NCBI GenBank assembly: GCA_943704425.1
Contig: CALSCP010001419.1
Coordinates: 1-64,000 of the forward strand
DNA from: Ministeria vibrans ATCC 50519
Taxonomy: Eukaryota > Protista > Filasterea
Direction: 5' to 3'
Length of the DNA: 64,000 nt
The position numbers and the translations under genes were made by a program. Below are positions 61,823 to 64,000 of this stretch, piece after piece (position 1 is the first letter of the stretch; every line of letters starts with the position of its first letter). Below the pieces are notes generated by a model. The model had not been told where the DNA came from. It worked only from the letters and a program-made list of their open reading frames with translations, and made no database searches.

Positions 61823-63601
61823 TCATTCGATGTCGTTGAGGCGAACTGCCGAATGGTCGCGTTCGCGTGCAGCTTCGGCAGCCACATCCTGTAGGTGTTT
61901 GAGCAGGATCTCGTTTCGCACGGCGTCCTCAACGTCCTCCATTGTCATGCGACGGCGTGAGTCGTACGTCTGTACAATCACATTGTCCACTGCACGCGGA
62001 TGGTCGCGCTATAGAGTAGGAAAAGGGCGTGTGAGAGACAGACCAAACACCAAATGGAGGACTTACATGTGTCGCTTCAGAATGTGCCGTCGCTACTTCG
62101 GCTCGTCGCGCATTCTCATGGTCGTCCACGGGATCCTATAATACACACATCCGAAAGCGGCAAGAGGGTGAGGGGGATAAATGGGGGGNNNNNNNNNNAG
62201 CGTTGACGTAGGTACATGAAGAGCGCCATGTACACAGACGGACACACACAATCGTACAAAGTCACCGGCGGTCGCCTCGGTGGAGGAAGTGGCGGCAATG
62301 GTATCTTCAAGTTTTAAGGCTTGGACAGCAGCAGTGGCGCTGGCGGCAGCAGGCGCAGCGTCGACGGGCTGGGGTGAGGCGTCAGGGGTGTCGGGACCCG
62401 CAGTTGCAGTCGAGTCCACGCCCGACGTGGCATTAGGGTGGACAATGCTGGCAATGGTGCCCTTGACGCGTGTCTTGACGTTGCGCACAAACTTCTTGAA
62501 GCCGTGAGGCTTGTCCGACGCGAGTTTGATAAACTCGGCCTGCTTGAGGCGCTGAAGTCGCTCAAATATGAGGTGGTACGTGTTCTTGATGGAGCTCTCC
62601 TCGGGCGTCGCCAGAGCTGCCTGCACATCGCCCAACTCATAGCCAAAGTCAGTCAGCATCTCGTCGACGACCTCCTCGTCAAGCTGGGTGGTAGGGATGA
62701 TGCTCTTGCGCGGGATCACAAAGGTCGCCAGATCGTTGCCTGAGCTGAAGACGCCCTGAAAGAACTCATGGCGCACGACTGCTTCCATGTCGGGCCGCAG
62801 CATGGGGTTGGTGTTGAGCACAAACTTGATCAGGTCGCAGATCACTGAAAAAAAAACAAGCGAGACGGAGAGAGAGAGGAGAAAGAAACAAAGTGACGGT
62901 GAGAGGAAAAATAAGGACAGGAGAGCTTTCGACTCTTTTTTTTCTTTCTCGCGTGCGCGCGCGCTCTCTCTCTCTCTCTTTTCTGTTTCTGAGACGGACC
63001 TGGTGCGACTGTGTTTGGGATGCGCGTGTATCGACCAGAGATGACGCGGTCGTACAGCTGCTCCATGGTCTTGGCCGTAAACGGGTGCACACCCACGGCC
63101 ATGTGGTACAGAATGACGCCGAGAGACCACACGTCCACCTTGTTCCCAGCGTACTTGATCCCCTGTAGAATCTCCGGCGCCGCATACGACGGTGACCCAA
63201 TAAACGACGCAAGCACGTCACCCTCGTCAAACACATTGGTAAACCCAAAGTCAATAATTTTGACCGTCTTGTGGTCCGCCGTCACCATAATGTTCTGCGG
63301 CTTCAGGTCCCGATGCACAATGTTGTTGCTGTGCAGGTACATCATTGCAGAGCATATCTGCCGGAACAGATCTCGCACGCGCCCCTCTGGCATTCCCGCT
63401 CCCTCTGTTCGCGTGATCTCCTTCTTCAACTCTCCTCCCGAAATGTGCTGAAATGCAAAAATAATCATCAATACAATATTGATCGGATCTACACGCCGTC
63501 TTGATTACCTCCATAATCAACACGATGACCTAACACACCACAGAGACAAAATACAAAGCACTTGTTAGTAAACACGATCGCGACACCACAAACAAAACGC
63601 C

Positions 63602-63662
<61 letters not shown>

Positions 63663-63864
63663 TATATATATATATATATATATACACCACTCCTATGATG
63701 TGTCACCTCGTCTGTCTCAAGCACTTCGTACAGCTTGACAATGTTTGGGTGCTGCAACAGCTTCAAGTAGCGGATTTCCCGTCGCAAGTACTTGTAGCGT
63801 CGCTCACGCGTCGCCTCCTTTTGATTGTCGATCGAACTCTTCTCAATCACCTTCAGCGCAACCT
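61823..63864 (-). CDS. SNF1/AMPK-related (MARK-like) Ser/Thr kinase with UBA-like domain; 5' end outside the window
   Basis: VALKVI, REIRYLKLLQHPNIVKLYEV, HRDLKPQN, KIIDFG, FIGSPSYAAPE, VDVWSLGVILY, UBA-like LDEEVVDEML..FGY. Confidence 0.9.
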
Positions 63865-64000
63865 GTACAGCAAACAGAAGACGCGTGTCAGTGCCCCAAA
63901 CACGCCACTCTGTCTCTTCGACGCCAAGCGCATTTCTGTGGCTTCTCGCCCGGCGCGGATAGCTCCTTGGCCGCACACGTGATACATTGAACCCAATAGA

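Overview
Gene-dense, intron-containing eukaryotic DNA with GC-rich exons, short AT-rich spacers, microsatellite-filled GT-AG introns and one 793-N gap. It is most likely from a unicellular protist; the lineage cannot be fixed from this window. About 27 protein-coding genes can be reconstructed by hand. Most are housekeeping genes (malate synthase, RPS26, POP4, GAR1, NNF1-like, RNF14, AAR2, eIF2D, NKAP, AMSH/STAMBP, RAD6, a sorting nexin, a SNF1/MARK-type kinase). Two genes stand out. (1) An intronless 1281-aa NLR/STAND-like protein (39215-43060, minus) reads TIR-like / Ulp1-type (C48) protease with intact triad / NB-ARC-like P-loop / ankyrin repeats / ubiquitin domain ending LRMRGG-ST, so a Ubl protease and a capped ubiquitin sit in one polypeptide. 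It lies next to a histidine-phosphatase + DUF218-like + 2H-phosphoesterase fusion gene. (2) A ~4012-aa membrane protein (17286-30047, minus) has a bacterial-adhesin-like ectodomain, a fungal FLC/TRP-like multi-TM domain, about 17 tandem helicase-associated (HA) repeats and two EF-hand pairs. All domain calls come from motif recognition by eye; no searches were run.
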